Below are positions 1 through 11,400 of a DNA stretch of 64,000 bases, piece after piece. The notes under the pieces were generated by a model that saw only the letters and a list, made by a program, of their open reading frames with translations, searched no databases and was not told the origin of the DNA. The number at the start of each line of letters is the position of its first letter. Within the stretch, counting starts at the first letter, position 1. The stretch is taken from NCBI GenBank assembly GCA_024704765.1, contig JAKMXF010000133.1, forward strand, positions 310,001 to 374,000, read 5' to 3'. Origin of the DNA: Oopsacas minuta (Eukaryota; Animalia; Porifera). The translations under genes and the position numbers were made by a program.

Positions 1-1086
1 TTCATGGATGCCAAGATAGGTCTGATGGAATGCAGGAGGAATATTGTTAAAATTAATGTAAGGTGTAAGTGAAGTGGCGTTTATAAGTTTGTAAGAATTG
101 AAGTGATCGAAAAATTCGTTTTCAAGTAAATCAGTTGCAATATATAAAACGCGTCCTTCATTGCAGCCTAAAGTATCCGTTAATCGAAGGAAATACTGCC
201 AAGTTAGATAAGATCGATGATAAAATGTCCTGCGTGCGTGGATACAGCAATAATTAGACGGTAACTCTGAAGTAAACTTGTCGACAGTCGTGATAATTCC
301 AGGATTATATCTGATATAATGGGAGATCCAGTACTGGGCAGCTCTGGCTGAATCTTCATTGAAAAAACGTACATCAATAGCAAAGAATGTTCCTTCTGAG
401 AAATACAAAATATCAGATTGATCTGATAACAAATCAGGAAATATATACTTAACAATTGGAACATATTTATTAGCCTTAGATGTAATTCGAGATTGTTTAC
501 ATTTACCTAACATGTCATTCTTTTCACGGAAAAACTGATCCTCTAGGATCGATTTTTCCCGCTCCGTTTCGGCTCTTCGATCTACCCAAAAGCCGTAAGC
601 TACACTGTGACATATGTCGGTCCGTGAGAAGTGTGAAAATTCACGAATAAATTCAGGATGAGGTTTCACATTCTCTATAACAGGAAGGAAATTAGAGAGA
701 TGATGCAGGTCAATTATTCTAGAAATTGGAAGAAGATTGGATTGTTTCATCAAATTATAAGCTTCATAGCCATTAATTTTCAGTTTACCCACCATATCTT
801 GTCCTAAAGGATGTTCAGAAACAGGCTGCAATATAAGAGTACGATTCAAAAGTTTCGCAAAAACAACCGCATGCTCCAGAGCTATTCTCTGGTTGTTCCA
901 ACCTTGGCCACCCGGTTGGTAACTCAGGAATTTCTCACCGCTCCTAACAGCTGAGTAGGTACCGTAATGCAAAACCTGTAGAGACTGGAAATATCTGAGA
1001 CTTAAAAATGCGAACACGATGAAACTGGCGCTAAATATAATGAACCCTTTGAAATACTTTGAAACTTGTCTGTGTATAATCTTCAT
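1..1086 (-). CDS. O-fucosyltransferase-family (GT-B, POFUT-like) type II membrane glycosyltransferase, 3' end beyond window edge
   Basis: Manual translation: ATG at 1086 opens a frame with no stop down to base 1 (362 codons): MKIIHRQVSKYFKGFIIFSASFIVFAFLSLRYF (TM anchor), KFLSYQPGGQGWNNQRIALEHAVVFAKLLNRTLILQP, CIHARR, VLYIATD. Missing from the ORF track because it has no stop in the window. Confidence 0.8.
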   Translation of the reverse strand, partial: MKIIHRQVSKYFKGFIIFSASFIVFAFLSLRYFQSLQVLHYGTYSAVRSGEKFLSYQPGGQGWNNQRIALEHAVVFAKLLNRTLILQPVSEHPLGQDMVGKLKINGYEAYNLMKQSNLLPISRIIDLHHLSNFLPVIENVKPHPEFIREFSHFSRTDICHSVAYGFWVDRRAETEREKSILEDQFFREKNDMLGKCKQSRITSKANKYVPIVKYIFPDLLSDQSDILYFSEGTFFAIDVRFFNEDSARAAQYWISHYIRYNPGIITTVDKFTSELPSNYCCIHARRTFYHRSYLTWQYFLRLTDTLGCNEGRVLYIATDLLENEFFDHFNSYKLINATSLTPYINFNNIPPAFHQTYLGIHE

Positions 1087-2078
1087 ATCAAGTAGAGCTA
1101 CAATAAATAAAGCTTCATATTGCTACACCATCATTACACGTAAATAATTAGTAGATTGATTGAAATGCAAATTAATTAATGAGCTTAATAAAGGTAGCAA
1201 AGCAGAATTTATGTTTTTCAGGGATTAATTTCAACGATAGAATATGGATTATGCAAAAGTTGAACATACAGACGGTCAGGCTCCCCTCAGGGTCGCATCC
1301 AGAGATTTCTCCACTGTAGATTCGCAATAAGAAGTTTTGGACAGTACCAGGGTCTAGATGACTCTTAATGCAGCCCTAGTCTCCCCCAAGGAAACTAAAT
1401 GTATTCCTTGAAGATTCTACTAACGAATTTCAAGACTAGTATGTTTGGTGTAATAGTAATTGTTAGGGTTGAAAGAATAAACATTTTAGGGAAATATGTA
1501 GTATTAGAATTCATTAAATAACCTCATTTATCATTGTAAACATTATGTTTACAATGATTTTGATAATTTTTAGGAAAGATTATTTGTAATCAAAAATATT
1601 GGGGTTTTAGTTCAAAAAGAATTGAGGAAGTAATTATCCTTTATAGATCTGTAAGTCTTTATATGGAATTAGAACTGAAAATACTGTCATATTCTAAAAT
1701 ATAAACATATACACATTATATCTTATCCTTGAAAATATTAGGGTAAACTTCAGTCTTGATTGTGCATATGTTTGCTAATGAGTATATATTATGCCACATC
1801 AGCGTCCAGACAATAGTATGAATAAATTTTAGCACCAAGCGAGTAGAGAATGGCCCCCAAAATATGAATATTTCACTGAATTATTCAAGAATTTATCGTC
1901 TTGAGAAACACCAAATACATTAACAACTAACTGTAAAGCAAGAATCACTAAATATTCAGTCAATAAATAACTATTGAGGATTCTAACATTCTAGAAAAAT
2001 GATCCAACAAAAATCTTTCAAAACAATCGAATTCGAGTTATAATTGGGTTTAATAAAATCCTGTTTATCGTTGAGAAT

Positions 2079-3392
2079 TTAATCCTTTGATTCAATATAG
2101 TTTTGATACAAGAGGGCAATCACACTGCTCATCATGCTAGTCATACAACACCACCATGAGTAAAATACACACAAGTGAAACAGACATGTGTATGAGGCAG
2201 TTGAGAAGGCAGATAAGAACCAAGCTAGCATTGTGAAGCATAGTACAAAACAAGGAAGTACTGTGCATTGGATTGCAACCATACTAATATAAGAGTTCGG
2301 CAGTACTAAAGTTGAATAGAGTAGTAGGCCATTGATGCGTGAGTTTTTAGCCTGGAGGGAATTCAAAATATCATTCGGACGCTCGAGGAAAGCTTGGAGG
2401 TAAGCCTGAAACGAAATGAGCCGAATACAGACGACCAAAGGGAAACAAATTTTACGTATAATAATAAAAGTTTGTATATCAATAATACCGTGTGATCCTT
2501 CAGCTAACATTTCTCTACCAGTAATCGGTATCCAGAATATGCAAGGTATAATTGGTAGCCAAAATACCAATTGATACCACAGGTAACTAGGAAAGCTATT
2601 GTGATACATCTGGATACGTCTTGTATGGCATTTAGCTATTCGATTGCTAGGAAATAGCAATGCCATTCCAACAAACGCTGAGAACAATGAGATTATGAAA
2701 CGGATATAGACATCATAATTGCTTTGTAATTCTGTTGTGGGGTGTTTAGTTACATTAAAGTCTTCAAAGATTAGGAAAAGGGAAGTCTCTAATTCTCCAA
2801 TGTTTAATTCTTGTCGCGTGGAAGGAATACTCAGTATAACGAATGCAAGTAGGAAGTAAATCAGACCGAAGAAAATACACAGGGACAACTCATAACTTAG
2901 AGTTTCTGTGAAATAAATGAGCAATATTTTGGAAGAACGATATACCAGGTTAAGCAATAGCCCTAATAGCCAAAACAGGGCTAGATTAATCTGGGTTTCT
3001 TGACTGGAAGGAGATATATAGAATAATATTTGAGTGAAAACAGAGACTAATAAGGCTAACAGGCAAGCGTCGATTTGTGTAGTAAAATCTTCAAAATAAT
3101 CTGCTTTATGTATGAACGTGTAAGATAGTTTTTGTTTGAAAAGTTTAACTTGGCGAATTTTCTCAACTGTAAAGTTTAGATTAGAAGAAATCGATTCGAG
3201 GTTTGTATTTTCATTTTTCTTAGATTTATTTTTCTGTTCACCCTGTTCTAAAATAGAAATCAACGAAGCGAAATAGATATACAGGTTGCCATTGGTTAAC
3301 AGCCAATGAGCCAAAGAATATTCTTTCCCAAGTTTTCTATAGACCAAAGCTACCAAAACTGTAAAACCAATCTGCACACCGAAAAAACGCAT
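2079..3392 (-). CDS. TMEM161: Transmembrane protein 161 (TMEM161A/B) homolog, single-exon CDS
   Basis: 437-aa multi-TM ORF; N-terminus FGVQIGFTVLVALVYRKLGKEYSLAHWLLTNGNL and LRLISFQAYLQAFL match the TMEM161 pattern. Confidence 0.88.
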   Translation of the reverse strand: MRFFGVQIGFTVLVALVYRKLGKEYSLAHWLLTNGNLYIYFASLISILEQGEQKNKSKKNENTNLESISSNLNFTVEKIRQVKLFKQKLSYTFIHKADYFEDFTTQIDACLLALLVSVFTQILFYISPSSQETQINLALFWLLGLLLNLVYRSSKILLIYFTETLSYELSLCIFFGLIYFLLAFVILSIPSTRQELNIGELETSLFLIFEDFNVTKHPTTELQSNYDVYIRFIISLFSAFVGMALLFPSNRIAKCHTRRIQMYHNSFPSYLWYQLVFWLPIIPCIFWIPITGREMLAEGSHGIIDIQTFIIIRKICFPLVVCIRLISFQAYLQAFLERPNDILNSLQAKNSRINGLLLYSTLVLPNSYISMVAIQCTVLPCFVLCFTMLAWFLSAFSTASYTCLFHLCVFYSWWCCMTSMMSSVIALLYQNYIESKD

Positions 3393-3973
3393 TTCAGCTA
3401 ATTGGTTGACAAAGTACAGATAAGGTCAATATTGATTCTATTGTGTCCACAATCATCTGTTGGCAACCTAACGCAATGAATTTACAGAAAGTATTTAATA
3501 ACTACGTGGGACTAGCACTACCACATATAATGCCTAGCACACATGTTAGTTACACATCATTACTGGACTATTGATAAACCACGCGTGGTAAAAGTATTGT
3601 CCATATTGCAGGATTATATGCGTGTGTTTGTAAAGTTTGTAAGGTGAGATTACTTGAATCATTGTAGGTTGTAAAATGATGATCAAGTAATAATCTGTAA
3701 GGAACGATGCGGTGTACTAATTAGGTTATACGATAAGATGAACTATAATTTCCTGGAAACTAAAATTGCTAATATATCAAAAAATAATCCCCAAAATTAA
3801 TTTTACTTGTAAGAATCATAGAATTCTCACTAAATTAACTGCTACGTGTATTAGGAGAGTTTAGTTAATGAGTTTTAAGAAGATTAGTGCATTCAAAAAG
3901 TGATAACATTAAAATATAAACTCTAGAAAGGAATATAATAATATTGTTAAAAACTGGTTGCAAAGGAAGGAAT

Positions 3974-5062
3974 TCAATTTGTTGGTTCGGGTGACTGGTC
4001 AGTTGAGTGGCTCTCTTCTTTGATAGGTAAGTTGATAGGTGAATAGCTGGACAGATCAGCGTTTTGAATAAATACATACTCAGTGCCACTGGGAACGATT
4101 TGTGCATCAGTTTGGTAGGAAAGTACTTGAGCTAGGTTTGCCTGTGGAGAGAGATAGGACATCGTCATGGGTTCTTTTTTAGGGGTTTTAACAAGGCCTT
4201 TTGTGGTTACGTATTTGAATGGAGAATTTGATAGTTGGACACGACTTCTCCTTGGACGTCTGCAAACCTCATTGATACTCATTTTACACTTCTTCCAGAT
4301 CATTTTAATTTTCTCTGAATTACATTCGATTTTATAGGCGTAGCAGACTGCTTGCTTGATAAGTTCAAGACGATGTGAATCCAATTTATTGATAGCTCTC
4401 CCTGGGATAGATGTTCTCCCTGTAATATTTGAAGTAGATAGCTCTTCCTTCGTGAACATTTTCTGAGCAAGTCTAGCAGCGAAATGAGCTTCATTGTGTG
4501 CTGTAGCTAGACACTTCTGGATTGTACTAGAACTGACTCCTCGAGTAATATTTGCAGAAATGTATGAGCAGATATCATTAGAGAAATCGTATATAGTATC
4601 GGGATATGAATTGGTATAAGAAGTGACAGTGTGTTCCTCGCATATCGTGACAGGTTGTGGATCGATATCACCAGAATAATCCGAATCTAATGCGACAGAA
4701 TTCGCAGTTGAATCCGGAGCAGACGGCTCCATTGTCAAGTCTTCCGTAGATGTCTGATTTGCAGGATTTATATACACTTGGGTGGGTATAAAAATTTCTG
4801 GTGAAGTTCGGAGCGGAAGAGGTTCAATAATACTAACAACGGGGATATTTGTGTGTGGATCTATGGTTAATTGGGCAGCTGTTTGATTATAAAATGTAGC
4901 AATATTTAAATTACTCTCAATGCAAATAAGCTTTTGTCTGAGAATAATATTGTCCCTTTCTAAAGCGGATAATTTAAGCTTTACTTCTTGAAGCTCGCTC
5001 TCTTTTAAGTCACATTTTGGGCAAGTCTCTGTCTCTGCTTCAACTACAATTATTTGGTCCAT
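3974..5062 (-). CDS. BEN-domain protein with N-terminal coiled coil
   Basis: 362 aa; FAARLAQKMFTKEELSTSNITGR...LDSHRLELIKQAV...WKKCKMSINEVCR is a typical BEN domain. A 3' splice-site-like sequence precedes the ATG, so 5' UTR exons may lie upstream. Confidence 0.75.
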   Translation of the reverse strand: MDQIIVVEAETETCPKCDLKESELQEVKLKLSALERDNIILRQKLICIESNLNIATFYNQTAAQLTIDPHTNIPVVSIIEPLPLRTSPEIFIPTQVYINPANQTSTEDLTMEPSAPDSTANSVALDSDYSGDIDPQPVTICEEHTVTSYTNSYPDTIYDFSNDICSYISANITRGVSSSTIQKCLATAHNEAHFAARLAQKMFTKEELSTSNITGRTSIPGRAINKLDSHRLELIKQAVCYAYKIECNSEKIKMIWKKCKMSINEVCRRPRRSRVQLSNSPFKYVTTKGLVKTPKKEPMTMSYLSPQANLAQVLSYQTDAQIVPSGTEYVFIQNADLSSYSPINLPIKEESHSTDQSPEPTN

Positions 5063-7117
5063 ATTTTCCTGGATAAAAAATAAATATTATTTCAAGTTTA
5101 ATATATGAGTTAATCTAATGGGACAGAGAAAGTATTTATACTAATCTTACAGCGAAAAACGATTATAATGCATAACTGAAGTTACGTATTTCCCTCCTTT
5201 AATTATCTATAACTTCCCATTACATCTGTGGTAAAATGAAAGTAATATTGAAAGCTAATATAGTGCAAGTTAGTACTCACAATAGTAATTGTATACGACA
5301 CTGAAACTGGATATCGGCAATTCCTTAAATAGAAATGCAAATGAGTGGGATATTAACATATCATGCAACCTAAAAGGGTAATTTACGTCATGAAACAAGA
5401 GCTACATCATATGAAGCGTTTTCTTAATTTAGAATGAGAATCATGAGAGTTTGAGAATGTGTATAGGGGTCAGATATTTGTAAAAGTACTAGAGTTATTT
5501 ATAGCACAGTGCTTGTTAGTATAATAATGCGTGTTGAGTATGATGTCGTGTTTCCAGTAATAAAGGAAGTGCAAAATCATATGTTGTAAATATTATCCTG
5601 GAACACAGATATTAAATTAGTTAAAGAACCGCGAGCTATAGTAAATATATGACGACAACAAGGTTAAAGTATATAAATAAAATCTTACCTCAGAAGGTTC
5701 ACTTTCCTTGTGATGAAGCAAGCGACTTGAAATGTGGAATTTCGAGAATCACACATAAGTTGTTACTAATATTCTTCACAGAGACATGGGATGATAAAAA
5801 GGCATGATAAATATTGTTGAGGCTAGACTGAGCAAATGTAAACATTTTAATTATTGTTTACTTAATCACCAGAACTCAATATAATAGTAACCTTGAAGCA
5901 AATATAGTTCACATTCAATGATATTAGCAATACACATTCCATTATTAAGGTCAGATTAGACGTTCAATTATAGAATTCAAACTCTCGTAAAAAGGTTAAA
6001 AAGGAAAATATCTCACCTTTCACAGGACCTGTCACTATCAACAAAGAGTTAAAAACTGCACTAATAGCTCAACCATAAATTGGAGAATTATTCAGGATAT
6101 TTAGCGTTTACGATTATAAATATATTCTGCATTATGAATTCTGATATTTGTTCTCCTATCCCTTTCCCCTGAATAAACCGCCAGGAGCTTGAATAAGCGC
6201 TTGGGGGTATTGTTCGTACCAAAAATCCACGTTAATACGTAAACTCTCCTTATTTAGAACAAATGTAATTACTAATTAAAATCAAGAATATCTTAGTTTA
6301 AGCAGTATATGTCCTAAATAATATTTAATTATATTACAGAGCAATTACATATTAGACGAACACGTTAATCATTCAACGTCGCAAAATGGAATCTTTGATG
6401 CAATAGACATCACTGAATTGTAATTAATTTCCCCTCAAGAAGGCAATATGCCTATGAACTAAGCAAACGTCACAATACCATGCTATCAATAGCCTAAATA
6501 AGCATAGTAGCTCTTTTAGCAGACATGTATATTAGTATCATCCTGTTGCGAAGATGGTTATATAATTAACGTCGTAATAACATTAGGGAGTATTTCGGAA
6601 CATACACAATCGTCCTATCCTATTACTTACAATAATTTATGCTTACATATTATTAGCGAGACGCAATATTATCCAGTAATGCATTCAGTTTGAGTGTATA
6701 AATATTGCAACATTAAAGTTAATGAGTATCAATATTATTATCCAATAATTGCATTTACAAAATAAGGAAATAATTCACTATTTAGTTCAAATTAGTCGTT
6801 TTTCCGTTAAAAAAAAGCCGCAAAAAGCCATTAAGCAACTGAAATCATTCTCAGAAAGCTAGCTTCAGATATCCACAAATGTAAGCTGTGAGTCACATAG
6901 AGTCATAATCAGAAATAGAAATACGTTTATGAACTTTCTATTTGATTAATTGGAATAAGCTATAATTATGGGATGGAATATGTCTAGTTGTAGTTTTAGC
7001 AGCATACTATAGTAAGTTGCTAAAACAGCTTCGTTATCATAAGATGCAAATGAGATACTTTCGTAATATAATTTCTAAGTAATATTATCAACTAAGCAAG
7101 ATATATTTGTGGAGTGT

Positions 7118-7852
7118 CTACTCCTCGTATATTACATCTCCATATTCGTTTCTTTTCACTTTCGCTTTTCCTTCCGGTCCAGGCGGAAGTGTATCCTGTG
7201 TATCAGACCGCACAGATGGCTTGTTGTATATTGGCTGTCGATTAGGAGAACTTTGTTCATAATGAGGATATAAAACATTATCGGTTCTAGATCTGTTCTG
7301 TTTCTGGAGATCTTGGAATGACTTAGGTCCTTTCGGAGGTTCGGGTTGTTGTGGGTTGTAGAACATGTCATTCTGTGTGACCGGCTCTTCGGGGGCTTGT
7401 CTTGGACTGGAGGGACTATCATCAAGGGAATGGTCTGAACTGAATATATGAGATGGGTCTAGTAACTTCCTTTGCTCGCTAGGAGGATATTTCTGTAAGA
7501 ACTCATCTCTAGATAAAATTTTCTTATCCTCTTTCATCTGCAGTGCCCGTCGGGCAAATTCGCCATAGTGAGAGTTTTCCAAAGTAGCTAAACTTTTAAT
7601 ACAGTTTTTTCCAGTTGAGCGAATGCCGTGATAAAGTGAATAGCCAATTACAAAAGCATATGTTAAGCCAGGGTTACGGGCGAGAAAAGAGTGTTGTAGT
7701 GGAGTTTTAGTGAGAAGATATCTAGTTATAAGCCAGGCTAAACCACCAGAAACAGTACCTCCAACGATTGCATTTCTCCTACACTCGGTTAGTTTTTCTC
7801 GCTCATCAGGACGTATATTTAGATGCAGGCTAGTTGGAGGCTGATCACCCAT
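7118..7852 (-). CDS. OCIAD1: OCIA domain-containing protein (OCIAD1/Asrij-like)
   Basis: EREKLTECRR, two hydrophobic segments, CIKSLATLENSHYGE and C-terminal KRNEYGDV match OCIAD1 hallmarks. Confidence 0.72.
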   Translation of the reverse strand: MGDQPPTSLHLNIRPDEREKLTECRRNAIVGGTVSGGLAWLITRYLLTKTPLQHSFLARNPGLTYAFVIGYSLYHGIRSTGKNCIKSLATLENSHYGEFARRALQMKEDKKILSRDEFLQKYPPSEQRKLLDPSHIFSSDHSLDDSPSSPRQAPEEPVTQNDMFYNPQQPEPPKGPKSFQDLQKQNRSRTDNVLYPHYEQSSPNRQPIYNKPSVRSDTQDTLPPGPEGKAKVKRNEYGDVIYEE

Positions 7853-8443
7853 AAATGACCGCTAATATAATCGGAGACTAACCTAATGAATTAACTCTAT
7901 TGATTATTAATCGGTTTCATAATTAAACTGATTGATTGATTATCTTTGCAAAAAGATTTTCACTTCCAGAAATTAATATTATTTATCCCTCAAAATTGTA
8001 CAATCTTACAATTAAAACGCAATGCAGACAGAAAGATTACGTATTAGAAGTGAAATCGTGAAAGAATCGAAGGAATTGAAATGGACATTCGATTTTGCAA
8101 TGTTTCAGTGTATAAATATCAAAGCAACTTGTAGTGGTAAGCTGGAATGTGCTGTTGTGTATATAGACAAACGTCTTACATGAATAAAATATTATTAATA
8201 TACGAATGAGAGTGGAATAAATATTGCAACCAGACAGTATATCCTCGTCAATACGATTGACCAAAGTTATACTATAAGAGTTACGTGTGTAAATTGATAG
8301 TAACAACAGTCATTGAAGCAAAATATTATCAAAAGCGATATATTAAATAAAATTTCTACGAATCAAACATTGAATTATACCTAATTCAAATTGTGGAATA
8401 AGAACTGAAGTATCTTCTAAATTGTGTGTCTGACAATTTATTC

Positions 8444-11400
8444 TTAATGATAATCGCGAGATATCATGCCACCCTGTCCATCAAATGAACCTCTACCTCT
8501 CCTATGGTACCCACCACCTTCACCTCCTCGTGGTCTCCTTTGGTTGCCTAAAAAATGAATTTCCTAATGTAATATTAGTGGTAGATGATTAAGCCATCAT
8601 TGCGTTATGATGATAAGAGAGTTTAAATGGATTATGAAACGAAAACTTCCTTGACGAGAGGATAAATAAAGTATCATACAGGAAACATAGGCACTAATCA
8701 AAAGGCCAAAATACACCATTGTTGTACAGACTAATAATGCAACTAGCATCGAACATCCTGCTTCGTTATAGCTAATTGCATGCAGCAATAATATTACCTC
8801 TGCTTTCTCTAGCCTCGTAATAATCAGAGCCTAATTCCCTTTGGTAGACATCTGTACGCGGCGTGTCATAGCTCATGGAAGATTGATACATAGGTTTATC
8901 ATTGTATTGCCGTGATGGTTCGTGTGAAAATTGACGGGTGGCTTGGAATTGATTTTGGTTGTCATAAGATCTGCCCCAGTTTGGATTTCTTTGATAATCT
9001 CGTTGCTGGCCTTGTCTACCTTCTAAATAGAAGATGGCATAAGCACTAATATTATATGAGATGAGATAAGATAATTAAACTATTGAGCCAATATTGTATT
9101 ACGATAACGTTAATTATATATTAAGAGAATAATTATTAAATAAGGGTAATGAGTGTGAGACGCTAATGATAATATCAGTCTACCTCTGTTGTCAGTGTGC
9201 TCAACACGAGGCTGGAATGATGGCATTTCAGGTGGGGGCCGTGTTTCCCAAGCTCTCCCTCCTCTATCTGGCACCTAAAAGAATAGAATATTATTCGTGT
9301 AATATAGAATTAATAATACATGTATTTGAGTACATACCTTCCCCATTTTATATTTGTGGATAGAAGTGTGTGTGTTCTTCAATACTGAAGTATTGCTTGT
9401 CTTAGATTGATGTGCAAGATCTAACGTACAAATATATGAAAAACAGCTACTGGCAGATTTGAGTGATAGAATAAATGAGCAAATGGATTCTACCTGTTCT
9501 GGCTGCTAGAAGATGTGTAAGAGGGATGGAACAATTCGGGCGTAATCCAGTTTTAACTTCTCTGTTAATAACTTGCTCAACATCCTCTGCTTTCTCCTAA
9601 CAAATACGATATTAGTAATACACTATTCATACAATTTTAATAGTGAAAATGTTTTATTAATTTGAAAGGGAAAATGAATATAAAAAAATACTTTTTTCCA
9701 TGTAAAGGCCTGCAGTGTGACCTCAAGCCGAGTTAATAATAGTTGCCTACGAGTCTTGAATTCTTCTTCTAATTTCGTATTCAATCTTTCAATGAATATC
9801 TTTACAAAGATTACCAAATAAGAACATACAAATATACAATATGACAAAATTATCCACCACATTGTTTGCGTCAATAGAAACAAAAGAATGCTGAAATAAA
9901 ATGATTGGAAAAATAGGAGACACCTACCCATTGCTCACGATGGAGATTTCTCTCAATTAGTGGATGACCAAAATAGTTTGGTTTGTCATCTATCAAAGTT
10001 TGCACCTGAAAACAAAACGTAATGAGAATAAGGATTAGATAATGTAAATTTGGGTAAACCTTTATACATGGCAGATGGTTAATTCGCTTATTATATGAGA
10101 AAGATGTATTACTCAGGAAAATTGCCTCTTCACCCGGCTTTTGCTGGCCAAAACTTAGCCTTACGTTTCATACTTAGAATTGTGACATTCGTTCATATAT
10201 TATCTTGCTAATTTCAAAATTAATTTTTATGCACAAAAGTTCAGGCTCGAGACCTAATTTCCAGGATTACGAAAATATGATTTTTGTTATTAAGCAATAG
10301 TTGAGACACGATTTATGATCTAATCTTGCTGTGACAAAAATTTTCCAATAATAAACAACAAACAATTAATAATAGTAAATACAAATATACATATCTGATG
10401 CATAGTAAGATTACTTGAGTTTATTTTTAACAATCCATAAAAAGCAGAGAAATATTTCAATCACTAACAGAGAAAATGTGTTACGTCATCCTATCACCAA
10501 ATGGCTGATAATCTTGGCACACGGCGTAAAAGACCGAAAAGAGCAATTTTCAAAGATGACGATCAACCTAATGATGATCAAATTCTCCCTCAAACTTCTA
10601 CCTCATCTCTGTCCTGGGTGGATCCAGATAATGAAATCACCACACAGATGAATAGAATATCAACAAGAAGCAAAAAATCCCCCTTTCTAAAAGATAATAC
10701 CAACACACATAAATCCACAGAAATATTCTCAACTAGTACCCCAGCTAAAATGAAGTCTATTGAAGAATTTTTCTCAGAATCTGACTATGCACAAGGAATT
10801 TGCCCCGAAGACTTAAGCCACACATTTAATACAACTTTCAACCCTCAAACACAATCAAAATCAACTGAAGGTTTTGAATTTCCTTCTCTTAGTTTTGAAG
10901 ATGTAAATTTAGATGAAATTTGTCAAGACAAGATTGTGGTTGATAAGAACACAATGCTAGAATGGTTGCCTCAGAAGTTTTGGCAATTACTGAAAGAAGA
11001 TAGGGGTATCAGTAAATTATATGAATGGCAAAGAGATTGTCTTACCTTGGCAACCACATACAAGGATTGGAATCTAATATACTCATTACCAACGAGTGGT
11101 GGTAAAACATTAGTAGCCGAGATTATAATGCTAGAAACACTATTAATTAGGAAAGAAGATGTAGTGCTGGTTTTACCATACATATCTCTAGTGCAAGAGA
11201 AGGTAAGGGGACTATCTACACTTGCATCTGAACTCGGGTTCAATTTAGAGGAGTATGCGGGTAGCAAAGGAGCCCTGCCCCCTCGAAGGAGAAAGAGACA
11301 TTGTCTATACATTTGTACTATAGAGAAATCTAATTCACTAACAACAGCTCTACAAGATGAGAAACGCCTAGGAGAGATAGGTCTCATGGTAGTAGATGAA

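Noticed and set aside
5680-6420. Exon-like minus-strand segments upstream of the BEN gene (e.g. FWYEQYPQALIQAPGGLFRE near 6100-6255)
   Set aside because: Could be UTR exons or a small gene, but no start, phase-consistent model or homology could be established.
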